63,744 nucleotides of DNA from Macrostomum lignano (Eukaryota): positions 1 to 63,744 of the forward strand of contig NIVC01003136.1 in NCBI GenBank assembly GCA_002269645.1, read 5' to 3'. This document shows, in pieces, positions 42,513 through 54,882 of this stretch. Position 1 is the first letter of the stretch. Each line of letters opens with the position of its first letter. Below the pieces are notes generated by a model that was not told the DNA's origin, ran no database searches, and worked only from the letters and a program-made list of their open reading frames with translations. The position numbers were made by a program, and so were the translations under genes.

Positions 42513-43821
42513 TCAGTTGCTGGTGCCGGTGCCCAGCAGCTCCTTCTCCTTGGCAGCCCAGGCGGAGTCCAGCTGCGCGTTGGCCCGCTTGATTTCAGCC
42601 ACCAGCAGCTGCTGGCAGGCGCGCAGGTCATCTTTGGAGTAGTGCCCGACCCGTTCCGCCTCCTTCAGCCGCTTGGTGGCGCTGTCGTGCAGCCGCTTAG
42701 TGGCGAGCTTGGCGCGGTGCAGCAGCTCGCGCCCGTTGGCCGCCAGACGGCGCCGGTGCTCGCCAGTGACGCGCGGGAGGCTCACAGTCAGGCAGTCGGC
42801 GTCGGCCGCCTGCTCCCGGCCGTTGAAGCCCTTCAACGCCAGGGCCTGTCTGACGGCCGGCACTGCGGACCGGTTGGCTGTCAGGTCAAGGACTACAGTG
42901 TCCGAGGACTTCTGATAGACGTCAGCCAGACTGCCGAGAGGCACCCGGCCGCTGCCGGTGCTCACCTGGGAGGGGCGATCGGGTTGGCGGATTAACAGCC
43001 TCAGCCTCTATCGGAGATGTAGCAAGACGGATTGAATAGTGACGAGAACTCTCTCGCTTCTTAAAAAATCTTTGAAGACTGACTATGCAAAAATACGCTT
43101 TAGAATATTGGAGCTGCAGTTTTCATTTTCAAATCCTGTTTATTTACAGGAAGCAGGGGGGGGGGGGGCTCGCGCGGGTTCAGTGCGGGGACGCAAATTA
43201 AAATTTAAAATTGCAGTTGATTTCCTGACAAAATTGGCTTCAGGCCGTGTGAAGAACAGGGATTGATTTCCTGACAAAATTGGCTTCAGGCTGTGTGAAG
43301 AACAGGGATTGATTTCCTGACAAAATTGGCTTCAGGCTGTGTGAAGAACAGGGATTGATTTCCTGACAAAATTGGCTTCAGGCTGTGTGAAGAACAGGGA
43401 TTGATTTCCTGACAAAATTGGCTTCAGGCTGTGTGAAGAACAGGGATATTCCAATGCAATATTTTTTGCGCGAAGCCAGCCTTCAAAATATTTTTTAAGA
43501 AACGAAATTTCAACAACCCACCTCAATGTCGTGCAGGACATCCGCGGTGATCTGCAGCCGCAGGTTGCGGAACAGCAGCTCCTTGAAGCTGGCCAGCTCG
43601 GCCTGCCCTCTGGCCGTCAGCTTGTCCAGCTCCAGCCGCTCCAGCAGCTCCGGGTTGCTGACAATCTCGGTGGCAGCAGTGGCGGGAGCAGAAGCTGCCT
43701 GCTTCTGTTGCTGGGTCTTCTTCTTGGCCTTCAGCAGGGCAGCCGAGATGCCAAAGCGGCGGTGCATGGTTGCCATAGCAACAGGGGCAATGTGTGGTAA
43801 TGCACTCTGGTGCATCAGCAT
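42513..43821 (-). CDS. MRRF: Mitochondrial ribosome recycling factor, at least 2 exons, 5' end uncertain
   Basis: Exons 43821-43522 and 42965-42513, phase-0 GT-AG. Motifs LHDIE|V..VPLGSLA, VSLPRVTGEHR, SKDD..Q and KEKELL. The N-terminus looks like a transit peptide. Confidence 0.9.
43219..43448. repeat. 46-bp tandem repeat (5 copies) in the MRRF intron
   Basis: Unit GATTTCCTGACAAAATTGGCTTCAGGCTGTGTGAAGAACAGGGATT. Confidence 0.97.
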
Positions 43822-45263
43822 TGCAAGAGAAACTGGAGCTGCTGCTGCAGCCAGACGCAGAGCACAGCGAATCAGTAATTGAGGCTGAGCCTGAAAAAAT
43901 TAACACATGACTCTGAGCAACAGTCTATAACTGACTTTTCCATGTAGGCATTTTTCATTTGATAATAAATTCGTTACAAATATAGTTAAACAACATTGCT
44001 TATGTTTCAAAATGCATGCATTATTGCATAAGATAACAAATTGGTCTTTTGCCTTTATCCTTTTAACATTACAAATTTATAAAACTATAATTATAAATTT
44101 GACAAAAATATATTTTTTACTTAGATTATTCAAAAAAGGCATATGGATGGTTTCATTTATGATATTAAAATAAAGTCAAATTAGATAGCCATTTTAGATA
44201 GCAGCTTGAAAATAACAAACTCAAAAATTCTAAATGAAGAATAAATCTAAGGCAGTTTTTATTTGTCCAGTAACCAGACAAATAGCAATATGGTTATTTG
44301 TCTGGTTACTGGATAATAGCCATGTTTCCCTATTTATCTGGTTAATACCACATAGCATGAGAAACTGCACTATCTAATCATAACAAATATTTTCTGCTTT
44401 TAGCCTAAAAGTGAACTATATACTACTTTTATGGGTATTCCCTGAATTTAACAAGTTTTTATTATATATCCACGTCTGTACTGTGCCGGACGAATAACTT
44501 CACTGTTTTTTATCTGGTGTACCGGACGAATAATAGTTACATTATTCATCTGATACCAGATGAATAGTCACTGCCATTGACAAATGCATAGCTAAAGCAC
44601 TAGTGCACAATAGCACTAAAAAAGGCAGGTAAAATGTGAATTAAATCAAAGGTTAAAATAACAGATCAGTATTTATATTCATAGCCTATTTATTTCAGCT
44701 CACATTTAAAAATATCAAACTAAAATCACCTAAAACTTATTAGGTTTTACTTTTAGGTAAAGTGAAGTGCGATTTAGGTAAAGTTAGGTAAAGTGCGATT
44801 TGAATTTTACTCGTAAACATTTGCATCATTTATTGAATAACATTGAACAACTTGGAGTAGTTCTCGAGTGTAAAGTAGGTTTAGGTAAGGCGTGGCGTAG
44901 GTAGGTGAAACTGAAATTGTTTCTATGTTTCTATGAAACTGTGAGGAACTGTTTCTAACAAAATATCCAGTTCATTTTGTTCTGAGAATAGTTTAATTTA
45001 TTTAAAAGAAAATAAAAATATTGTAAGGATAAAATTAAAAAGCTTTTTGGAGCGAAAAACGTTTTTGCTATTACGTTATAAAAAGTCTAATTTACCTAAA
45101 TTTTGTTAAAACAGTTTATCTAAGAATATTTTGTTCAATATAACGCATTCATTTTGCACGAGCAAGACATGCGTGTCTTGCGATTTGCGTTTCCGTAAGT
45201 CATTCATATCTTAAAGGCTTTGCCTTTAATGCTAGTGCTTTTCATTTCTTTCAACTAACAGTT

Positions 45264-47964
45264 ATGTCTGAGTCCGTGCTTGAGAGCACATTCAAGTTCT
45301 CATCTGGTTCTGTCAATGGTTGTCTATCATCGTTTTCACCAAACACACCTGTGTCGTCGAATTGCAGATATTCGTTGGCCGACGACTTTTTTAGTGCATT
45401 GCAAACAACAGATTTGCCCAAGACGGAGTCAAATTCTGACGCTTTAACTTCCGTATTGTCGGTTTCACGTCGCTCAAATAGTGGAAGTGGATCCGATCAA
45501 GCTGCGTTGATTTCTGAGCTCAAGTCGTGCTACAACACCAATGGATCAGGCATTGGGAATGATCAGTGCCAGTGGTTATTGGGCTCGCTGTCTAATGGCA
45601 GTCCCACTTTCAAGACTGGCGAAGCATTTGATCAAAAGCAGAAGCCGCGTTCACTGTTGTCTAATCGCTTAGATAATGAACTCTCGTTTTCTGCCACTGG
45701 AAGAAATGCTGACTATATTCAATCTGCTTCTATCCTAGACCAGAAAGTTCAGCCAACTCAACAGAGTAAGGACCAATGCGCCATGACTGAGCTAGCAAGA
45801 CGATTTGATGAGCAAATGAGAATTGGATTGCAAGATGAAGAAGGGCAATCAGATTTCTTAAAAAGAATGGCAGCTACAATTAGCCCTTCTGCCATTGGAG
45901 AGAATAAAGAACCAAAACTAACTATGACAGAAAGAATCCAAGTACCCTCATCAGATCATGTTGCTGAGATTGTTGGCAAGAATGGTAAGTACTTTCTATT
46001 TTGAAATTTTATAGATCTTATAATTTATAAAAATGTATAAGGTTCTATCTATGATATTGATAATCTAATTATAAAATTTAAATTTCAAAGTATTAAAATT
46101 TGTGATTTAGCCATATTTTTAATACATGATTGAATTTATTTCTAATATTCCATGCTTTAGTCTAGTCACACTACTATCTATTAGACCTAGTATATTGTTA
46201 TAACTATGTAATATATATATTTATTATTCTAAAAGCATAATTATAATATAAATCAAATCAATATTATATTATTAGAAATATTGATTTGATAAAATTTAAA
46301 ATATCTGTTTCACAAAGACAATTAAATAGATTTTTAACTAGGCCTAAGAAAAGTTTATTATGTTATACTAAATATTTAAAATTTCTAAGTTATGATATTT
46401 AAATATAAGTAGACTTACAGATGTCAATATATCTTATTTAAAACAATTTATATATTGCAAAAAAATTTGCAAGAACTTAAATTGATGCTAACTTTTTATT
46501 TGATAAGTTTTAAAGCAAATGTGTCTAATTTTACTTAAATTATTATTTACTTGCATTGTCTAGATAAATAATAATCTATTGCCAGGAGTATAGCCAAGAA
46601 TTTCCAATGGGGGGATACACCAAGGTGAATTTTCTATACCAAGGGGGTACACCAAGGTAAAAATGCTATGACAGTCATATGGTAGCATGTATAGCAACAA
46701 AGGGCAGCAAAAAAGTTTTGGTCAGGCTCTTCAGGGAGGATACATTCCCCCTATCCCCCCTCCTTACACCCCTGTCTATTGCTAAGATAGCTTTAGTCAT
46801 ACTTAAAAATCTAAATTCCAATGGATCATTTTACTTTGTTTATAGAAATAAAATATGTTTTATATCGTTAGAATCAATATGTAACATTCGTCAATTACAT
46901 TTTCATCCTATTCTATTTTCCACTTCTAGGCCAGAGAATCAGGCACCTGCGTGAGCAGCTCAAGGTGTGGGTGAAGACGCCAGCTCGTGACGAGTTGCCA
47001 GTGTTTGAGATCACTGGAATGCCTGAGAAACTTGGCGAGGTATGTTGCAGTGAATTGCTTAGTAGCCATTAGGTGTTGCTTTGCCCCCCTTCATGCTGAC
47101 CTACTCCGACGTGTCCCTCCCGCTCTACTGCAGGCCAAGCGCATCATCCTGCAGATGAGCGAGCACTTCAGCAAGGTGCAGCAGGAGCGCCTGAGCCGCA
47201 TCGAGCCCAACCGCACCGAGGAACGGCTGTATGTGGAGCAGGACAAGGTCGGCCTAATCGTTGGCGCCTCTGGCCAGACCATCCGCTGGGTGCAGCAGCT
47301 GTCTGACACGCACATCGCCACGCCGCGCAAGCAGGAATCGATCCCGGGCCTGCCGTCGCCGCAGACGCATTTCACAATCTGCGGCACCAGAGAGCGGGTT
47401 CGCTTCGCCAAGCAGCTCATCTGCGAGTATGTCAGCCTGCGCTGCCAGGGCCTGTGGCTGGACCCCGAGTTGGAGCCGTCGCCAGAGGCCGCTCGGCTGG
47501 TTCACGAGTTCCATGCGCGCAGACAGGCCGAGGACACGCAGCGCCGCGGCTCCGCGCCGGCCAGCGTCACCATTGCAACCGCGCTCTCCCGACAGACCGC
47601 TGATGAAGGCGCCGCCGCTGCCGCCTCCGCCGATGCGCAGTCTCTGGCCGAGTTGAAGCGGCTCTGGCAAGAGGGCGGTCCGCCTCCAGCCGTGTGGGAC
47701 GGCGTTCTCTTTGGCGGCCTTCCGCCAACCTCGGTGCCGCCGCCGCCGATGCAGCTGATGGCCGACCGGCGCTACTCGGTGGACGCGCACTCGGTGGCGC
47801 AGCACCACCGGCAGCAGCAGCAGCAGAAACAGCAGCCGCAGTCCGAGCAGCGCCAGTTCCTATTCGGCCTGGACCTGGACGGCCTGGACCTGCTGCCCAA
47901 GTCCAAGTCCCATTGCGAGGACCCCGTGCTGCCCGCAGACGGCGGAGTCAATGGCTGGATGTGA
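45264..47964 (+). CDS. mex-3: MEX-3-like tandem KH RNA-binding protein, 3 exons, 553 aa, no RING
   Basis: Exons 45264-45984, 46930-47039, 47134-47964. TERIQVPSSDHVAEIVGKNG|QRI..VKTP..PVFEITG..|AKRIILQMSEHFS, and second KH VGLIVGASGQTIRWVQQ..THIATP. Confidence 0.93.
46583..46774. mobile_element. hAT-type MITE (192 bp) in mex-3 intron 1
   Basis: Perfect 8-bp target duplication TCTATTGC at 46575-46582 and 46775-46782; imperfect TIRs CAGGAGTATAG / CAGGGGTGTAA. Confidence 0.85.
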
Positions 47965-49348
47965 TGCCGGCTCGGTCAGTGGTTGTCGAGTGGGATTTTT
48001 TAGTTATTACGGTTCTGACCTGACTTGATTAGTCCGTTAGTAGGTTAGGTTGGGCTGTTGCAACTATGAAGCCCTGTACTGCTTGTGTCATCTGGCTCGT
48101 CTCTGCCTGCAGTAACCAATATCATCATGACCTTCAACCCGCCACCTTAACCTGCACCTGTTTTTATAAACAATAACTTCGTCTTCATTCTTCATCTGCT
48201 CCGAAATTTGTATTTTTCCGGCTACCCCAGCCTCCTGTACCGCCGTCTCCGCTGTACATTATTGATCATTAAGCCATTGGCGTCATCAAGCGTAGGCCAT
48301 TTTTTGAGTCCTGGTGTTTTTTGTCTCTTGCAGAGTTTCCCACAGAGCTCCCGGAGTCGCCGCTTTCCCCAGTTTTTTCCTCAGAAATCATACTTTATTT
48401 TCGATGCTCCCCAATTGCCTGGCCGTAGAGGAAGTTTATTAGAAGATGTGATTGTCGTAGATGTTTTTTCTTTACAACAATATTTCTGCAACTCCAAGAA
48501 GATAATTGCTTTGAGAACTTGAGAGATCACACTGTTGCGCCTTAGAGAGCTAGCATTGAGCAAGCAGATAGGCATTCACCAATTGTCCCGCCCCTTTCCA
48601 AGCTGTTTTGTTTACCGGCTTCTCTGCGGCGTCATTTTTGTTTATCTTGCGGCGGTTGCGTTTTAAAAATTTCGTTACCAGCTCACTGCTAATTTATGAA
48701 GTCTTTTCAATTTCACCTGTAAAAACTCGCCTGCAAGTCATTGTTCTCACTGACCTCATCGGGAAGTTCTGTTTTGCTTAGATTTTTTCAGCTGACTATT
48801 TGCACCCGTATCCAGGACTGACTGTCCCCGTTGCCAAGGCAAACTGGTAGACTGGTTGAACTGCTGCTGGCTTGTGATTACCGGGAGGGGGGCGCCTAAT
48901 CTGACATGCCGCCTGCTGTCACCTCACCGTGTTTATTTCATCCAGCTCCATTGTAATCCCCACATTCTGGCCCCATCTGACCCCGTGTTTAACTCTAGTT
49001 GATAATTCTGCTCTATTTTGTTTCTTCTCGGCGCTTTTGAGGCGTGTAGATTTCTGCACAAATGCACAACAATTAATATTTATCAACTTCTATTTAGATA
49101 TTTATGAAGACTGCTTTGGCTATTCAAGATAAATAACGAAGCAATGGCCCCCCTGGCTGCCACAGCTTTTCATTTGCGCTCTAAATTCAACCGCTTGTTT
49201 TTCCATTGCTTTTGTTTATCCATAGGCCACCTGCTGCGGCTATAAATAGCTGTCTTGCATAAACACCTGTTATCATTCACGGTTTGGGTGTCAGTGTCAC
49301 ACTTTTTTATTCTGTATCGAGCAAACATGCTTTGACAGCCCGGCCGGT

Positions 49349-49374
49349 CCCTATCAGGGTTCGACCTGATAGGG
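49349..49374. other. Perfect 10-bp-stem hairpin with GTTCGA loop
   Basis: CCCTATCAGG-GTTCGA-CCTGATAGGG. Confidence 0.6.
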
Positions 49375-49617
49375 GCTTCGGGTCATACAGATCTGTTAAA
49401 TCTGGCCATTCAAGGACTTTTAGTGAGTTCTAGCTAGCATTTGGTGAGGAGTTCAGTCTGCTTAAGCATAGTAACTAGTTTTAATTTTATGATTTCCCCT
49501 GTTTCCATGCTCTCCCTGTTCATCAGGTGGCCACTGTCCCGTTTTTTAGATGGGCCCTGTTATTTTTAGCTGGCCGCTGGCACCGCTGCCCCTTGCATGT
49601 TCTTTAAGGTAACCTGT

Positions 49618-50748
49618 CCTGCCCCTGTTCTTCAGGCGGCTCCTGAGTCCTGCCCCTGTTCTTCAGGCGGCTCCTGATACCTGCATCTGTTCTTCAGGGG
49701 CTCCTGAGACCTGCCCCTGTTCTTCAGGCGGCTCCTGAGATCTGCCCCTGTTCTTCAGGCGGCTCCTGATACCTGCATCTGTTCTTCAGGCGGCTCCTGA
49801 TACCTGCATCTGTTCTTCAGGCGGCTCCTGATACCTGCATCTGTTCTTCAGGTGGCTCCTGAGACCTGCATCTGTTCTTCAGGGGCTCCTGAGACCTGCA
49901 TCTGTTCTTCAGGCGGCTCCTGAGATCTGCCCCTGTTCTTCAGGCGGCTCCTGAGTCCTGCCCCTGTTCTTCAGGCGGCTCCTGAGATCTGCATCTGTTC
50001 TTCAGGCGGCTCCTGAGTCCTGCCCCTGTTCTTCAGGCGGCTCCTGAGTCCTGCCCCTGTTCTTCAGGCGGCTCCTGAGTCCTGCCCCTGTTCTTCAGGC
50101 GGCTCCTGAGATCTGCATCTGTTCTTCAGGCGGCTCCTGAGTCCTGCCCCTGTTCTTCAGGCGGCTCCTGAGATCTGCATCTGTTCTTCAGGCGGCTCCT
50201 GAGTCCTGCCCCTGTTCTTCAGGCGGCTCCTGAGTCCTGCCCCTGTTCTTCAGGCGGCTCCTGAGATCTGCATCTGTTCTTCAGGCGGCTCCTGAGATCT
50301 GCATCTGTTCTTGAGGCGGCTCCTGAGTCCTGCCCCTGTTCTTGAGGCGGCTCCTGAGTCCTGCCCCTGTTCTTCAGGCGGCTCCTGAGTCCTGCCCCTG
50401 TTCTTCAGGCGGCTCCTAAGATCTGCATCTGTTCTTCAGGCGGCTCCTGAGTCCTGCCCCTGTTCTTGAGGCGGTTCCTGAGTCCTGCCCCTGTTCTTGA
50501 GGCGGCTCCTGAGTCCTGCCCCTGTTCTTGAGGCGGTTCCTGAGTCCTGCCCCTGTTCTTGAGGCGGCTCCTGAGTCCTGCCCCTGTTCTTCAGGCGGCT
50601 CCTGAGTCCTGCCCCTGTTCTTCAGGCGGCTCCTGAGATCTGCATCTGTTCTTCAGGCGGCTCCTGAGTCCTGCCCCTGTTCTTCAGGCGGCTCCTGAGA
50701 TCTGCATCTGTTCTTCAGGCGGCTCCTGAGTCCTGCCCCTGTTCTTCA
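49618..50748. repeat. 31-bp minisatellite (about 36 copies)
   Basis: Unit CCTGCCCCTGTTCTTCAGGCGGCTCCTGAGT, with a variant ATCTGCATCTG. Confidence 0.97.
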
Positions 50749-52523
50749 GTTTGACGCTTACGCCCTCCGTCATCTGGAGGTCAGTGATCCTCTGCCATCT
50801 AAGTTCGAATACAGCCTAAGCAATCTGGATGGAAGACAAACAAACCTTACTGGAATCAACTAATGCATCTCTCTGTATCTGCAGCAGGCAAAATTGGGTG
50901 TTTCTAAACAATGTGAATACATTGTTAAAAACGGAGTGAGCAGCAGAGCTCACAGTGACTCACAGGAGAGAATGGTAACCCAGCCCGTCCCTGCATCGCA
51001 TAATAAACAGCAAAAATATTTTTAGATTCTTGAGAAGTTGAGGCTCGCTTGCGCTGCTGAGGGTCAAAATCAAAACATGTTTTTTTATTGCAGTCGCAAG
51101 CCATGCTGGCATATACTTGAACTGACTACTGAGCATTTTGTATTTTACTGAAGCTCAGCTCGATAATGACAGTTACACACAAGCAACTTAAACTGTTGAA
51201 TTCTCGAGCTCACATTGAAAAGTACACGAAATGACAAATGCGATGCCATTGCCTTCTTATCTGATCTGCAATCTTCGTTGGTTCGCTTTGCGCAGGCGGG
51301 TCGGGCAAAGACTGAATGAAGCGGCCAGAAACTCGTGACCAGGGCAAATGAGTGAATCTTTAATTCTTAATCGGGCTGCTGAAGATACGCCAAGCAGCTC
51401 TTGATCGATGGCTAAGATTACGGAGTAATCTTCAATATGATTATGAAGTAATCAGTAATCATCACCTGTGGCACAGCAAAGAAACTGCAGCGCTCACTTT
51501 TCCTCTCCATCTCAAAACATTGCCCGGTTGTACTTTTAACCCAAGGCTTTGGAGGCTTGTTTTTCGCTTCGCTATTTTTAGCAATAGCAGCGTCCCTGTC
51601 CCCTGTACAGGCTCTGACTCAGGCGGCCCCTGGACTGGCGTAAACAGCCCTACCCCACCCCACACTCGACCCAACAGTTTTGCTATAAACAGCGGGAAGC
51701 TATCCGCTGGAATAAAACCCTGTGGCCTCATTCATACCCCTCCCTGGGTTCACAGTTGTTTTCTTGGGCTGAAACTAAAAGTACAACACAGTTCTGCCCC
51801 CCTGCCCACCACCCAGCATTTTGTACGTGGCGCATCAGGCGCATGGAAATCTCGACTTGTGTAACTTTTGCAACATCTCGATCCAACCAATCTAGCAGAG
51901 CTTGCGTGCAGAAAGAAGTTGCTTCACATTCTTGGGAGTCTGGGAAATAATAATGGGTCGCAGAAGCATAATGCTACGAGTGTTATTTGCTGCAGCAGGA
52001 AGGATAACTCAGTGCGCTGACTCAAGTCTGTGCTGTTCGCAAGGAAATGCAACATGCATATGCAATTAGTCATTGCTTTATTTAACATATGGCTACACAT
52101 TGGCTTGCCATCGGGTTTGCCAAGATAAAACATTTCTTAGAAGCAAATTCTGTCTGCTGACTGCTCAGTGTTTATGCAAGGCCTGTCTGTCTATCGCCCG
52201 CGGTGCTCGCAGGACTGCTCACTGCTGTCTCGTCTCCACTCTACAAATTTCTGTTTCCCCACAGCTTTCTGCAGGCGATCCACTATACCGCGTGCACAGG
52301 CGGGGCGGAGTGTACAGCTGCCTCTCGTACCAGGCCACCCACACAGTGTACAGCTGGGCAGGCATGTGACCCAGAGAGTGAACTTGAGGCCGGCCTTGGC
52401 CCGGAGTGCCAGCCTGCCCCCGCACATATTGCATAAATAAGTAGTAGGGCTAGCGTTTTTTACTTGCAGCCGCGATGCTTAAATGCTAAATATTACAAAA
52501 TACATTATGCATACCCTATGAGC

Positions 52524-52712
52524 CAGCGGCGTTGCTAAAATTTTCCATTGGGAGGGGGCGCCAGTTCGGGCCGATAGTAAGGGGCACCAGGGGCGCTGCA
52601 CTAGGAGCACCAGCACCAAGGGGCGCCGGCAGTAAAATGGTGAAAAAAAGGTTGCCAGTCTTTTCGGGGAGGGGCACTTGCCACCCTTGCCCCATCCTGG
52701 CTTCACCCCTTG
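52524..52712. mobile_element. Degraded hAT-type MITE
   Basis: Ends CAGCGGCGTTGC ... GCTTCACCCCTTG; flanks CTATGAGC / CTATAATG only partly match. Confidence 0.4.
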
Positions 52713-54882
52713 CTATAATGAGCTTATAGCCTTATAGCCTAAGTTTTCGTGTATAACCATACCCTCCTCATTACTGTTAGTGCGATTTTTTTCTATTGCG
52801 GGGCCGTTGAAATTTAAAGTTTTCTTTGGGGGGGGGCTGCAGCTCGCGAGATTGCAACTCGCAAAAGTGCACGTCTGCAGGGAGCCGTCTGTATGGCGGA
52901 CGCTGCACACCCCCGCGGCTCCAGTGTTTTTGCACTTTTGCAGTGTCACGTGTGTTGGTCAATAGAGTTAGGAACAGAATTTTTGTCTGACAGTTTTAAT
53001 AGCCAAGATTTCCTACTGACAGTAGGAAGGTTGGATAGTGTGACGTAGTTTTTAAGCGTCTAAAATATTTACAGAATTGTCAGAACTCAAAGCAGTCGCC
53101 AGAAAAGAGGGCGTCAGCTTAGTCTGATCATGAAAGGGGCATAGCCTTTCCATTGGAATTTAGGTTGGGGTTTAGTTTAGGGTTACAGTTAGGGCCTAGG
53201 ATTAGGGTTGGCAAGTCAAAGTCTGGTAGTCAAAAGCAATTGGGATGGGACGGGAAACTGCATGTACGTTCTGGGAAAATTTTGATTCTGTTTTTCATTA
53301 TCCTACGTACAATTAATTTTACCTGTCCTGTGTCTAAAAACCATTGAAATGCCACGGCTCAGCTCATTTGTTTTATGAATCCATTTTATCATTCTCAGCT
53401 GACTGTGTAAAAGCATGTGTACCAGAGATGATAAAATAGATTCATAAAGCCAAGAGTCGAACTGTGCCATGCATTTTCATGATTTTTAGGTACAGGGAAT
53501 GTACTTAGAATACAAAATTAACAAAGAATCCTAATTTTTTGAAACGAAAAGCTTTACAAATGTCAATAGAGCTATAAGAGAGGCACAACATATCAAAAGA
53601 TGAACATTGGGTCTGCTTCCTATCAAAAGCATTAACAATTTTTGTGCAGAAAACTTTCCATCTCCGTAGTGTATTTTTTTCGGAAAAAACCTGCGTCCTA
53701 AAATGTTACAAGAAACGCAGTTCCGACCGTCCTTCTACTTGAGTAGTCCATGGTCAAAAGTGGTAGGCCCATAAATTACACTGCACTTGTTATGAAATTT
53801 TAATAATTTTCGGAGACGCTGGAGCTTATATAACACACTATGTCATCTACTGTCAGTAGGCAGTTTGGACTAATAAACTGTCAGGCAATATAAAGTGTAT
53901 TCTAACCTTTGTCAAGCTACACCAAGCGATTAAAACCAAATATAATGGAGGCAGCAACAAGGAAAAAATGAGTGGCGCAACTTTTTGGCCATATTTAATT
54001 TGAGACGGACCATGGTTCCCAATGGCTCCTTGATTCGCCATTGTTATGAGCGACCCCAACAAGGCGTTCTTTTCTTAGAATCTTGGTCGACATCTTAAAG
54101 TAATTTGTATTCGAATTGTTAATAGCATTGGGACAATCTAGTTTAATATTTCAGTGAGTCTTTAGAACAACTGAATTTCGAATTCGCCATCTTCCAGCAA
54201 AAATTCAATCTCAATAAAATCTCGCAAAGGTCAACCGAGGCACTTTTGTCATCTGCTGTGGTACGAGGCAAGGCAACCAGAAACAGGGGAGTTCCCCCCC
54301 CCCATTGCGCAGAGGATTTTTGCTGTCTGCTGCATCGTCTGCACAGCTTCTTGCCCTCGGGCAATTTGAAGCTCGAAGTTTTTTCACCTTCATCCCACCT
54401 GGGGGGAATGGATGGGACTGGGAGTGCGGCGGGGTCCCGGGATCCCAGGACCAGCCTCTTGCGTGCTCCATCATTCACGGACAGTTTTAACACTAGCGCG
54501 CCCTGGCCAGGCAGCTTCGCAGCGCCCCCTTGTCTTTGCACTATCGATTTCGCGTTCAGCTCTGGCCCGACTGGTCGCTGCCTTCCCCTCCAGATTCCCT
54601 CTGCAGGCAGTGCCTTGCCTGCTGGCCTGCTCCCGGACAGAGGAGCATTGCGGAGTGCAGGCAGCCATACGCAAGGCCGCCAATCCCCGGGACTTGGAGG
54701 AAACCCGGGCTGATCTGGCTGGCCATTGGCAGGCAAGTTGGAGGGTTCGCTGGTGGAAACGCCCGATAGCCAGTGCCTGAAGTCTTAATAGCAGAAGAGA
54801 CACTCGAAGACCTGCAATTAGTTTATAAATTAAAACTGATTTAGCCGCAGCACAGGCTGACACGCAGAGATAAAGTGCAGCC

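Noticed and set aside
51462-54780. Assorted 60-200-aa ORFs upstream of the TRP gene
   Set aside because: No recognisable domains and overlapping in several frames; likely UTR or intergenic.
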